Shown: positions 51,204 through 63,887 of the stretch, one piece after another | Numbering within the stretch: position 1 is the first letter of the stretch | Layout: every line of letters begins with the position of its first letter | Assembly (NCBI RefSeq): GCF_001194135.2 | Contig: NC_068986.1 | Location: 81,550,834 to 81,614,833, forward strand | Direction of reading: 5' to 3' | From: Octopus bimaculoides | Taxonomy: Eukaryota | Length of the DNA: 64,000 nucleotides | Made by a program: the position numbers and the translations under genes | Notes under the pieces: generated by a model | Database searches by the model: none | Seen by the model: only the letters and a program-made list of their open reading frames with translations | Told to the model about the DNA's origin: nothing

Positions 51204-52926
51204 ATGAGCTACCATTCAGTTTCCATCTAATAAATTTCACTAACGACGCAGAACTTTGTTCAAACACATTTACTCAACACTGCCTGATGGGATTGAACCT
51301 AGAGCTAGATGGTTGCTAAGTGAACTTCTTAGCCTTACAACCATGCCTGATGCAGTAGACATATCAGAAATGATCCAGTCATGACCATACATTATTCATT
51401 GTGGGTGTGATTTGAGAGAAATTTGGCTGTTATTTCTAGTAGTCACAGCAAACTCTGCTCCTTCTTCTGCTCAAGGAACAACACATTTAAGATGATAAAC
51501 TTTATCTACTAGTAATGTTTAACTTCAGGAATTTATCTATTTCTGTAGACATATAGAAAAAATGTTTTACTTTACTGTCATTGCCATTGATTTAATACCT
51601 GTTTTCCCATAGCATGTGTTAGATATGATTGTAATATATCTCCTCTCATCTTCATACTATTTCATCCATCTCCCAGGCCCAATATTTTCACATCTTACCT
51701 CATTACTTCTTTTCTTCTCTCTCAATTACTCACACTCTCTCCATTCCCAGAAGTCTGTTTTCTACACCGATATTAGATATCCGTACATGTACTCTTGTCT
51801 CTTAATCTCACATTCGCCAATGCTATCGGATGAAATTATTTTCCATACTTCTGCAGGTTATCTAACTTCCTTCAGCAGTGTAAGAGATTGTGTTAAATAT
51901 TTGCTTAATCATCAATATCTTTGATTCTTGAATTCTCAAGTAGGTTTTTTCAGAAGACAGAGGACTGACTATGTGTCAGTAAAGAAACTAATGAGTAAGT
52001 GTTCAGTAACTGAAAACTAATAATTACCAAGATTGTAGTATCTTTTCTGAACATTAATGCCATTTGATACAAGATCACTTTTTAGATAAATGAACTTGTA
52101 GCATATAATGAAGGATAATTAGCTGATTTTTACTTTTGTTGACATGCAGCAAATATTTGACCATTTATGTTGACAGTGGAGAGGACAAATCAATTTCATG
52201 AAGCTAATTTATAGCTCTTCCTTTGCACTAACAGTTACATAATTATTGTACATACTTCCCTCTGTGTATCACTCAGATCATTGAGATGAACTCCTATATT
52301 TTCAAATCTGTGTCACTGTATCCATTTAAACCTTAGAAAATGAAACCTAGTGTAACTAAAGAAGAGCATTACAGAACTGGCAATTATTTGCCAGGATGGT
52401 AAAAGATTAAAATCTGTTGATAATAACTATAGAATAGGGGTCAGGGCTCTCTTTGAATGGAAGAAATACATGAAAGAAAAACTGAATGTTAGTCTAATTT
52501 TCACTATTTTGGTTGATTCTTGTTGTTCAGCCCTAGAACCTTATCAAGCAGACTTATGAGCAAGTGTTCCACCTTTGATCATCCAATCTCTTTGTGTATC
52601 AGAGGTTACATAAACCAATAGTTGATTCTTTATTTAAGTTGTGATTTTATGGAGATTTAGCTACAACATACCCATGTAGACGTTCTCTTTATGTTATCTG
52701 GTATTTATAATTCCTGCTCATTACAAGTCATAATGGTTTCCTTTTTCTTTTTTTTTCAAACTTTAATTAAGACTGTGTATAAGTTAGTTAATGCCTTTAT
52801 AGGTAACTAGAAATATATGTTTACTTGGTTTTTAGCTTTGGAATTTTTAACCAATGGGCAAAGAACTGGTTTCTAGCCTAGATGCAGTTCTTCGTCTTGG
52901 AATTAAGACAATATCAACAAAGTAGT

Positions 52927-52979
<53 letters not shown>

Positions 52980-54180
52980 TCATGTCATATATGCATGTCA
53001 TTGCATATGCACATCTGTGTGTACACATACATTTGCATGTCTAACATGCACCTATGCACAAATTACATACTTTTGACAGTATCTTTAATTGATTGTGACT
53101 GTAATTTCTTGACTAATTGTGTTCTTTCTGGTTTTGTGAAAGCCAGTTTCTCAATATCAGTACTGAGGGAATTAGGTGTCCAAGTGCTCCAGTAATCATT
53201 GGTAAAAATCTGAAATTGTAAATTTCTCTTCAGTTCAGCTATATGTTTGATCTTTCCCTAACCATTAATATTATGATGATATCTGCTGGTAAGTGATTTC
53301 AGTTACTACGTATAAACGTAAAATGTCTTTTCTGTCCCAGGTCATTATGTCTGGTCTATTCAGTTTCAATTTTATTGTAATGATGTGATGATATTTTGGG
53401 GCAGCTACTTATGTTGTGGCTGATATCCTCAGGGTTAATTCCAGTCTGTTTTGGTTATCGTACTAGGTAGCTTTTTTGCATCACTATATTTTTAGTGCTT
53501 CAGTATTTTTGCTAAATCTAGAGGAGGGGGCAGTGCCCATGACCTTTGCAGGTCCTCTGAAACTGGTGAGCTTGACACAATGTTGCATTCAAACTGTTGC
53601 AGGTTAAAATTTGCAAGAATGATATGATCAGTGAGAAGATTCTTGAAGCTGAAGGTGTTTATCTTTGTCATCAATCAGGGAATACTTTCTGAGAGGCTCT
53701 TATGTTATTAGCCCCGTGTATACAGTCTAGATCCATGGCTGGACTTTAACATTTGGTGGTAAGCAAGTGTTGTTGAAGGACTATAATATGGTATTCAAAA
53801 GATATTTGAATTTACATTAAGCCTCTGCTACTTTGTTCTTCAATGTAGAGATGGTCTACTGCACTGCGCGTGCGTGTGTGTGTGTGTATTACTTTGCTCA
53901 ATTTAATCAGTTGTACCTTTTCCTAGACTTTGTGGCCTGTGTCAGTATAAGGAATCATTTTTGTATTTAGACAATCAAAATCAGTGTCATGAAGAACTAT
54001 ACATAAAGCCATTTTATATTTAAAATAAAAAAAATAGTATGACTTTGTTTTAGGAGCCATGATCCTGTTCAGAGCTTCCAAAACTGGAGAGAGAAAGTTT
54101 AACTTGATATCTAGACTGAATATTTGCTACAGACTGGATTCTAGGACCAGACACAAGTTTTAAACTGGCCACAGGCTTAA

Positions 54181-54535
54181 CCTTTTTGTTATCATATTTC
54201 TGTTGACATATACTACCTTTGTTTCAATTAATTTTTTAAATAATGAACAATTTAATAAAATAACTTTCTCATGGAAAACTATAATTTAGATCACTTTAAA
54301 ACAATAAGTTTGTAAAAAATAAAAAGTTTTGAATGGTACAACAATGCACTACAATACAAAAAATGGACTATATACCTGTTGTAATTTACTTATCCATAGT
54401 CCTATGATATTTTGGAATACAATTCCTTTTTCAGATATTCTTAGATGGAGTCGCTGCTATTAATGGTTTTCCAATGGCTTTTCTTTTTTTGGAAGCATCT
54501 CAGCAGTGGTCTCAGGTGGTTTGGTATCAAAAGGG
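54181..54535. mobile_element. piggyBac-like MITE
   Basis: TTAA at 54177-54180 and 54536-54539. Ends are CCTTTTTGTTATCA and (reverse complement) CCCTTTTGATACCA (11/14). A related left end lies at about 30300. Confidence 0.75.
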
Positions 54536-54969
54536 TTAAACAAACTGCCCAAGAATAGGAACAGACAATCCATACAGTTTTCTGTCTACCAAATTTCACT
54601 TACAAAATTTTAGTTGACCTCAGGTTATGCTTGAAAATATTCATGGAAGATGCCTGAGATAATTTAATTAGTTAATGACATTTTAAAATTAGAATTTCTA
54701 TTGTTAACTCTTAGCAAGTTTTAATGTGAGTTGGAACACGAAAACTGGAGAAGGTAGCTGTAGTCAATAAATGTCAATTATTGTAGCTAAAACAAGAGTA
54801 GTTTAACTGAGAAATATGGACTTAATTAAATAATTAATTGAAATAAATATCAGTAAGATTATTTAACAATGCTGTCACATCAAATTTTTCCAATATTAAA
54901 ATATATATGATAAAGATATATTTAATTTAGAATTCTTTCACTGTGTGTAATACTCTGTTGTGCAATAAA

Positions 54970-55320
54970 AGATATTCACTTGCAAGACTTATTAACAATC
55001 TTTGAGAAAGCTGCAGTCAAAGTTAGTCAGTTTCTCAATGCAAATAAGACTGTATACCTGATTGTCAGTGAGGATGAAAGCTATCTGCTGTTTTGTCCCG
55101 ATGATAGCAGACAACTGAAGAAAGTCAGTAACTTCAAGTACTTTGGGTCTTATGTTGCTGACAGTAAAAAAATCTTCATGACACACAAGGGACTAGCCTG
55201 AATTGCCTCTAACAAGCTTCAATTCATCTGACAATGAAATATTTCAAAATCAACAAGATTGGCCTCCTGTAGCGTATGTGTAAAGATCATTCTTCTCTAG
55301 AGAAAACATGGATTATGATG
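54970..55320 (+). pseudogene. RTE-type LINE reverse-transcriptase fragment
   Basis: QDLLTIFEKAAVKVSQFLNANKTVYL...LKKVSNFKYFGSYVADSKK...KGLA matches the RTE RT motif AQ.LL..VE..A..VGL..NA.KT....L..V..FKYLGS. Stops follow. Confidence 0.82.
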
Positions 55321-55545
55321 GTTAGAACCTTTCCGCAGACCTCACCATGAACCACTATTCCCTATTAGCTTGGGTGGATCTTCAATTTCATATTGTAGGT
55401 GCAGAAGTTTCCAAAATATGATATCTGATATGATTTTGGGCAACAGTAGTAGATGTCCATAAACCCCTTTGGTCTTGAAGGAGAGAAGGCTATAAAAGTT
55501 AAAGAGAAAAATTACCAGCCAAATTCTGGAGTCAGTTTGACTATA

Positions 55546-55771
55546 TTTATTTCTTTATTGCCCACAGGGGGCTAAATATAGAAGGGACAAACAAGGACAA
55601 AGGAATTAAGGTAATTATGTCGACTTCAGTGCATAACTGGTACTTATCTAATCGACCCCAAAAGGATGAAAGGCAAAGTCAACCTTGGTGGAATTTGAAC
55701 TCAGAACGTAGCGGCAGACAAAATACTGCTAAGCATTTCGCCTGGCTTGCTAATGATTCTGCTAGCTCGCC
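55546..55771 (-). mobile_element. tRNA-derived SINE, well preserved
   Basis: Same family as 33395-34345. The minus strand begins GGCGAGCTAGCAGAATCATTAGC and contains B-box-like GTTCAAATTCC. Confidence 0.85.
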
Positions 55772-56020
55772 ATCTTTATAGTCAGTTTGACTATAACCCT
55801 TTCTCTCAAATACTGGGGTCAATTTACCAAAACTATTGCACCATCTTCCAAATTTGTGACCTTCACTTAGAAACTATTTNNNNNNNNNNGCTAATGATTC
55901 TGCTAGCTCGCCATCTTTATAGTCAGTTTGACTATAACCCTTTCTCTCAAATACTGGGGTCAATTTACCAAAACTATTGCACCATCTTCCAAATTTGTGA
56001 CCTTCACTTAGAAACTATTT
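55749..56020. other. 131-bp identical duplication across a 10-N gap (probable assembly overlap artefact)
   Basis: 55749-55879 is identical to 55890-56020, separated only by the N run. Confidence 0.85.
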
Positions 56021-56092
56021 AACCTATTAACTTTATTTATATTTAAAAAAAAAAAACTGTTCTTTTCCTTATTTCTTCTATATTGCACCTGA

Positions 56093-56133
<41 letters not shown>

Positions 56134-57874
56134 GTCATCATTATCATCAATGACAAGAAGACTGGAAGAGTTAGTGATTTCTTGTACACACACTAAGAGT
56201 CAAATTTGTGGCTAAGAAAATCTCAAGCTAAGTGGAAGTGTTAGAGGAGTGAAACTAGGTCTTGGATTTTTCTGCCAGTTTTAATCTGACTAGTTAGAAC
56301 TAATAATCATAATGCCTCTCCTATCTCCACCTCCTGCCCATTGTCTTTTATTTGCTTATTCAATATTTCTGTTTTTTTGAAATTGAAAATTGTTTAACCA
56401 ATCCCATCAGATATATTTCGTTAAAGCTCATTCTTTGTATTTTTTTTTGTTTTGTTTTTTTATTCAATAATTGACTTAGAATAATTCAATCAGCCTTCTG
56501 CTGCAGTTACTGCAATTATTCTCTGAGAACTTTGGTCTACTAATTGGTTTTGTAGTAGTAGTAGTAGTAGTAGCAGTGAGTATACTTAACAATACAATAG
56601 ATAGAACCTCTAAGTGGTAACTCAATCTTCTAGAAATGGCAGCCAAATTTTCTTCAAATTACATTCTACTTTCTTAAAGAAAAATGACATGGGACACAAG
56701 TCATAAATATATAGAAAGATGGGAAGGTTGTAGCTAGACTATCTTTGATCATAGATCTGCTCATTTAAGGCTGATCTAGCATTAAACAATTTTAGATGTT
56801 AAAACATTGGTTTCATTTGTTTGTTGTGTAATAGGGCAAGGAGACAACATATAAACATCGATTGATTCTTAAACAATTTCATCTGATTTTACATTAATAT
56901 TATTCTATCCCTGTGAATGTGTATAAATGATCAAAAAGAGAACAGTAAATTCCATTTCGTGTGTGTGTGTGTACTCTGTAAAGTGGTTGGCGTTAGGAAG
57001 GGCATCCACCTGTAAAATCCATGCTAAAATGGACAGAGGAGCTTTGCGCAGTCCTCAGACTTACCGACTCCTGTCAAACCATCCAACCCATGCCAGCATG
57101 GAAGACAGATGTTAAATGATGATGACGATGATGATATGTGTATGTAAATGTATGTGTGTACACACACACGCTCATATATATACACACACACATGCACATT
57201 TGCTGATATCCACTATGGGTATCAATATTTACCATCGATTTGAGAGGAGGGTGAGGAGAAAAGGCCCCCGCCCCCTCCCAGCCTATTTTGGGTTACTCAT
57301 CAACTGTTATTGCTTTTTGGTCTGAAGGACCAACTCCTTCAACTATATACTTCTCTCTCTCTCTCACACACACACTCTCTCTCTNNNNNNNNNNNNNNNN
57401 NNNNNNNNNNNNNNNNNNNNNNNNNNNNNNNNNNNNNNNNNNNNNNNNNNNNNNNNNNNNNNNNNNNNNNNNNNNNNNNNNNNNNNNNNNNNNNNNNNNN
57501 NNNNNNNNNNNNNNNNNNNNNNNNNNNNNNNNNNNNNNNNNNNNNNNNNNNNNNNNNNNNNNNNNNNNNNNNNNNNNNNNNNNNNNNNNNNNNNNNNNNN
57601 NNNNNNNNNNNNNNNNNNNNNNNNNNNNNNNNNNNNNNNNNNNNNNNNNNNNNNNNNNNNNNNNNNNNATATATATATATATATATATATATAATCTCCA
57701 GGAGTGTTTGTCATTTTTACCTATACTGTTCTTTCTTCACTATAGACATAGTATATTATTATTCATAGTTATTTTACAAAACAGTGTACTGATGTAGTTT
57801 AGTATGATATTCAGTTTCATTACTTTTGATGACTGTGTATATGTCTGTGTATAAATGTGTGTGTGTTACAGTTA

Positions 57875-59555
57875 TCTCTATATATAAAGATGAGAATGCC
57901 TTTATGTGTGTTCTTGTGTTACTTAAAGATTTGAAAACTACTGTACTGATCCTAATGAAATTTGGAACATAAAATCCAAGCCTAGGGAGAAGGCTAATGC
58001 TGTGTGTTTCGTACAGTTTCATGGACCAAAATTACAGAATGGGCAGGTATAATGCAGTGTGTTTGGTTTGAATTTGAGGTGACTTAATGGGGGCAGAACC
58101 CCCATGAAAATTCATAAATTTCCGATGTTGATGAAATTTCAACCATAGGTAATTGACACACACCAAGAAGTATTCCCAAAGTTTCCGCTTCTCATGAGGA
58201 TTCTAAGACCCCCTAATGGGGGCCTACCTCCCAAATTTTAGTCATTTTGTATGATCCAAAACTAAGTCAAAAGTACTGAATGGATCTTTATGAAATTTGG
58301 AAATTATATTCTATGCATAAGGACAGATGTAATGCAGTATATGTTTGAAAGTAAGGGGACATGAAAATTCATCTATTTTTGCTGTTGATGAAATTTTAAC
58401 CATAGATATTAGACACAAATGAAGTAATATTTCTAAAATTTCAACTTCTTAGGAGTTAGTAAGACCCCCTAATGGAGGCTTAACCCCTACAATTTAGTCA
58501 TTTTTCCTAAGCCAAGACGATACAATTGTACTCTTGGAAGCTGTAGAGTCACCCGAGCATACAAAATGAGCATTATTTATAATTCAATGGTACAACACTG
58601 TAAGAGTTTGCTTTGAGATATACTTAGATTGTGATTTCTGCAATGTGGTGCATAAATTGTCAAGTAAAGGAGAGACATCTTTGCCTCCACTGATTCAGTT
58701 GCAATGTGTTATTTTGAGTAAAGTTATGTGGTTGTAGACCTCCTTTCAGTCTTTTTATTATCAATGGATAAGAGATAATCTCCAGATGGTAACATTGATT
58801 TCAAGGCCTTCCCAGATAAGTGACTGGTCATTTAAAGGGATTTATAGATTGCAAATTTATTCTGTCCAGTTACGTATCGGCAGAGTGATCATTTGGCAAA
58901 CTCCAGAGGTGACACTTTCATTTCCCCTTAGCCTTCACATCACACAGTTGTTAATGTTTATGTCAATTGAGTCATGCCCTTCCAATTGCTATAGATCCGT
59001 AATGCATCTAACGGCTGTGCCTGTCACCTGTATGGTGAGGAATCCTACACTTGGGAGTGGTAACAACTAGAGTAGGGTAGCTGACTGCTTATTGTGATCA
59101 TTCGTCTCTTGCTTTTCTGTAGCTTTCCTCTCTTTTACAAACCCAGTGAACATTCATATATTTCTGATTTCAAAGAAATTTGAACAATAGATATAAGACT
59201 CAAGTTAAAAAAGATTCCCAGCAATTCAACTACTCTGGTTGACTTTAGGGGCCTTAACTTCCACATTTTAGAGCTCCATGTGCTCCATTTTTCAAGAGCA
59301 AAATCCTTTCAGTAAGTTTCATAAGATTTCGATTTTGGAATCTGGGCATAAAGATGACTAGTATAGGATAAATATGTCATGATTAGAATTTTTGTTAGGG
59401 TGCGTAAAGAAGGAAAGAACCCTCATTAAAATTCTTAATCTGCAATTTTGATGAAATTCGAATCATAGCTATTCCAGTTCATTAGAGAAAATATAAAATA
59501 AAAGTCTAATTCTTCAATTCTACATGACATGAACAAAGCCAGGTATCTCTGCTAG
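57875..59555 (+). mobile_element. Helitron-like non-autonomous element with internal ~256-bp repeats
   Basis: A|TCTCTATATATAAAG at the 5' end and GCCAGGTATCTCTGCTAG|T at the 3' end, the Helitron A|TC...CTAG|T pattern. Repeated ATGAAAATTCAT...GTTGATGAAATT..AACCATAG units at about 58105, 58361 and 59425. Confidence 0.55.
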
Positions 59556-59627
59556 TATGTATATATTTGTATCGGTCAGTAACTGAAATTATTTTACTAA
59601 ATACATGAACATACACTAGCATGTAAT

Positions 59628-59741
59628 CTAATGAATCTTTCTTTCTTTCTCTTTTGCAGGTAAGTGCACAAATTTGATTTTGTTCTCCTCCACTGATCTG
59701 AAATGGTCTAACATCATTTTAACCAATTTACAGTGGTAAGT
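59628..59741 (+). promoter_or_regulatory. Strong 3' splice site immediately followed by a 5' splice-site consensus, plus a second donor 76 nt downstream
   Basis: Branch-like CTAAT at 59628-59632, pyrimidine tract, CAG at 59657-59659, GTAAGT at 59660-59665, and a second GTAAGT at 59736-59741. Confidence 0.6.
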
Positions 59742-60639
59742 TATGTTTGGTGTTGTTGCTTTGTTACTATTTATTGACAGTGTTAATTACTGCCACTATC
59801 TTTAGTAATATATATTTTTTGTTATCTTGCCCATGGCTAACTATAAGGTCAATTTTAAATAAGACAAATTTGTTCTAAAAGTTGTACAAATAATTCTATA
59901 TTTGTTTTCTCTTGCTATCATCCATTTCTATCAACAGTGTTACATCTATTTATGCTGACACTGGGTTTTCACATAGTTGCACTAGGCTTACTGTAGTTTT
60001 TACTTGAAGACTACTTTCAATGAGAAACTCAGAATAGTAAGTTATGTTGAATTCCCCAACTTAATATTTGAAAAATATAGGTACAGGTATGGCTGTGTAG
60101 TAAGAAGTTTGCTTCCCGACCACATGATCATGGGCTCAGTCTCACTGCATGGCACCTTGGGTGAGTGAGTGTCTTCTGCTATATGCCTGGGCTGACCAAA
60201 GTTTTTGAGTGGATTTGGTTGGCAGAAACTGAAAGACACCTTCTATACGTGTGTGTGTGTGTGTGTGTGTGTGTGAGAGTGTCTTTCTGCTTTTACTTAA
60301 GGTAAGTCACATGATAGTTGTAAATGGATGTCATTGACCTACAAGCAATGTCTCTCATTTGCGATCTTCTTTGAAGGCATGTCTGGTCATGAGGAAATAT
60401 TACTTTACTTGGAAACAAGTGAGGGTTGGAGACAAGACGGGTATGTAGCTGTAGAAAATTTATCTCAATAAATTCTGTTTGGCCCATAAAAGCATGGAAA
60501 ATTAGATGTTAAAACAATGATGATGATGATATTGTGTATGTTTTTGTTTGTTTGTACAGTTTAAGATAAGTTGTCAGTTGTTGATGAAGTTTCAGTAAAG
60601 ATTGAAACTGGTCTAACTGAACCCTCTCTTTCTGTCTAG

Positions 60640-61740
60640 GGTGAGGTTGTATAAACAGACAATTGTTTACCAATGTATTTAATAAAATTTTAATTTACAC
60701 ATGCAGAGTTGACTGAAATCTGTATGTCTATTGTGTTATACAGATTTCAAGCCTCTCTAACAAATCAGTCTTCACCTGTAGTATTTCCCATTTTATTTTT
60801 CTCTAAATTTGTATGACAGTGCCATAGTGTATGATGAAATTTTGTTTCATTCTTGAAGTAGATGTAATGATTGATAATTTTAGAAATATTCGTTCTTTTT
60901 TTCTAAATCTGTTAATGATGTGAGGTGAAAATTGCTTCAACCAATATTTGAACCTGGGTTGTGAATTTGGTTTGTCAAGTGTTTACCTTCACTCTTATGT
61001 GATGCACAGTTTTATTAATTGATAACCCTGGTATAATTTTTCCACAGTCACTCATTGTAGTTGTCTTTTTATTTAAAATATTTTAGTTAGAATTGAGTTT
61101 ATGTTAATCTGTGTGATACTGGCGATACTGCGTGTGCATGTTGTAGCTTTTCAATTGTTAGTTAGTTGTTACTATGTTGTGCAGTAAATAAATGTACATC
61201 CCTTGTATTACTTGGAGTGTGACTGTTAGTGACCTCAGCTATTGAAAGATTGAACAACAGAATAATGTCACATAAACCTCTTATTAAGGGAGTATGTAGC
61301 AGGCCCGTCGTTGTGCCTGCTCTAAGTCAACAGAAGTATATGACATGTCTGTTCACATATGTACAGCTTGTTTGTGTAAAGATTACAATGATTTTTATAA
61401 TTTACTTAAGTGATTGTTTCTGTCAGGTGTTTATCAAGTGTATCCAAATTTATTAAATCTTGGATTAAAGTTTTGTGATTTAGGATGTTTGTAACTATCA
61501 TGTTGGTAGAATTCTTGTGGCATATCAAATGCTATAGTTTTTGTTGGGTGTCAGTGTCTTGGACTTTTCTTTTGGAATTATTTAATAGTTCTGTTTTCTA
61601 ACAATGGAAATCACTGTCTTGTGACTAGTAAAGAGAACAGAATATCTTCCCTATTTATTATGCTACTTAAACAATTAAAGAGGAAAATATATGAAAAATG
61701 AATTGTTGTTACATAAATTCATGTTAATCAAACTCTCTCT
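60640..61740 (+). other. Putative terminal exon / 3' UTR of an unidentified + strand gene
   Basis: CTAAC branch (60613-60617), pyrimidine tract and TAG (60637-60639). About 1.1 kb of U/G-rich sequence follows in which I recognised no repeats, with AATAAA at 60681 and 61187. No recognisable protein. Confidence 0.35.
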
Positions 61741-61744
61741 AGAC

Positions 61745-62275
61745 CAGGAGTGGGGAAACACTTGCCCACAGGTGCAACTGTGCCTGTGAGCCAATTCTAT
61801 TGCGTCCACAGGCTGGTATACTTGTATGTGCAGAATACAGTAAATTTGTCAATTATAAAATTTATACAATATTTGTAAGCCTATTTACGACATAGGTCAT
61901 GGTTAGACTCAAACAGAAAATCGTCCTTTAATTACCATTTGAATGGAAATTTTGTTTCACTGTAAAACACATATTGCTAGGTTTGTACCACCCCCTTGAG
62001 ACCTAACTACACTCTAGCTGAAAAATATAGAATACCTCATAAGTAATATAAACATTCTAAATTCAGTGGCAGCATTAATGAAGATGTTATGCATTAATTT
62101 AATGTGTTAAACTTATCTTTATTAATGTGTATCGAATTATACAAAGATATATACAAGATTTACACAAATATAAGAGTTAGAACTTGTGATCTGCCCATGG
62201 ACCTTTATCATCATCATCATCATCATCATCTTTGGAAATTTTTGCCTGCAGCACTAAAAAGTTTCACCACCCCTG
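61745..62275. mobile_element. hAT/Charlie-type MITE
   Basis: TIRs CAGGAGTGGGGAAAC and (reverse complement) CAGGGGTGGTGAAAC (13/15). Perfect TSD CTCTAGAC at 61737-61744 and 62276-62283, matching the Charlie NTCTAGAN preference. Confidence 0.9.
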
Positions 62276-63344
62276 CTCTAGACTTTTTATAACTTAAGAT
62301 ATAATTGTTGGGTTAATGGGCTCACAAAAATAGAGTAACTATGATTTGAACACTAAACAAACAAATTGTGTTATTTGATAGTTTAGAATGCTGAGAATGA
62401 ATTTTCTCATTCCTATCTGGACTACAAGTAACATATGGGCTGATCAAGAACCTATGTATAGTCGCTCAATTTGGAATTGACTGTCAAGTATTCTTTAGAT
62501 CATACCCTACTTTCTTAAGGAAAGGACGCGTCAGATAATGTAGTCTTATTGTGGTTTTATATACTCTTCAAAAGAAGGGATAGTCATAGTTGGAATGCTT
62601 CTGATCACAGTTGAACTGGAGTTAATCAACAACAGCACACTGCCTGTATATATTATTTCATGTAAATCTGTATACCCAACAAACTGTTTGCTGCCTACAA
62701 AAATATTTTTTGAAATCATGTGCAACATTAGAGTATTAGTAATAGCAGCTGTTTAACCATAAATTTACTGTATTAATCAACTATTGGGTAAAATTAACTG
62801 TTCTGTGTTATTATAACATCTTTGTAAGCTAAATATCAAGTTTGAAGGTCTGAAACTGTTGTCAAAACTGCTAGAAATTAAATAATTCTCCTCTTTTATT
62901 AGTAAAATTTCAGTTAACAAGTCAAAGGTATCTCCACTCTTTTGTATTTTTTTAATCAGACCTTCTAAAGAAGATAGTTTTATCATAAGCAATTATTTTC
63001 TTTCTTTAGTTTGATACGTTTAATAAAGGATTAGCATTGAAGATTAACATTTCCACATCAAAGAATTGTTATACTTCAAGATTACCAATTCTAAATTACA
63101 CAATCAATGGTTCTACTTAAATCTGTTAATGACTCACTCCATCATTCATTTGTACCATAATCTTAAATGTTTTAATTAGAGTCCTTACAAAATATTCTTC
63201 AAACACAGTGGCTGGTTTTATATTAATATTTTCTGAAAGTCTAAATATCCTGCTAATTGCATGTTTTATATTCATGGTTTCCTATCAGATTAAAATTATC
63301 TAATGTCGAACTAGCCAGTTGATTGATGAATGTAGCTGATATAT

Positions 63345-63660
63345 CATTATCATCATCATTGTTTAACATCCATCTTCCATGCATGCATGCATGGGTAGGA
63401 TGGTTGACAGGAGCTGGCCAGGTAGAAAACCACCCTAAGCTACTGTCTGTTTGGTAGGGTTTCTATGGCTGGATGCCCTTCCTAACACCAACCACTCTGC
63501 AGAGTGGACTCAGTGCTTTTTACATGGCACTAGTACAGGTGAGGTTAGTTTTGGCATGATTTTTACAGCTGGATGTCCTTCCAAATGCCAACCATGTCAC
63601 ATTGTGAACTGGATGCTTTTTATGTGGCACCAGCACTGGCAGGGTCACTAAGTAACTTGC
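63345..63660 (-). mobile_element. SINE/LINE-tail family element
   Basis: GGCTGGATGCCCTTCCTAAC(A/G)CAACCAC motif, twice, after a (CAT)n tail. Confidence 0.7.
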
Positions 63661-63856
63661 AAGATAAAGAATTTTGAGAAGGCAGGAGCATTTGAGGAGG
63701 GGAACTTGTGTCTGAGGATCAAAGGTTAGTGTAACAGAGAGGCAAAAACAAGTGTCTTGCTATAACGGAAGGGGCATTGGAGTAAAGGTTAGAGTGTGAC
63801 AGAGAAACAGAGAGGCAGAAATAGATGTCTTGCTATAGAGAAGGTACATGGCTACC

Positions 63857-63887
<31 letters not shown>

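Noticed and set aside
54980-55201. 73-aa ORF as a host gene
   Set aside because: It is a reverse-transcriptase fragment of an RTE LINE followed by stops.
56094-56573. (CTA)n and (GTA/TAG)n runs in inverted orientation about 420 bp apart
   Set aside because: The pairing covers only about 22 bp of simple repeat, which is common in microsatellite-rich DNA.
907-57797. Many ORF-track entries made of YI, VC, HT, SL, ER runs or X
   Set aside because: They are translations of dinucleotide microsatellites and N-gaps.
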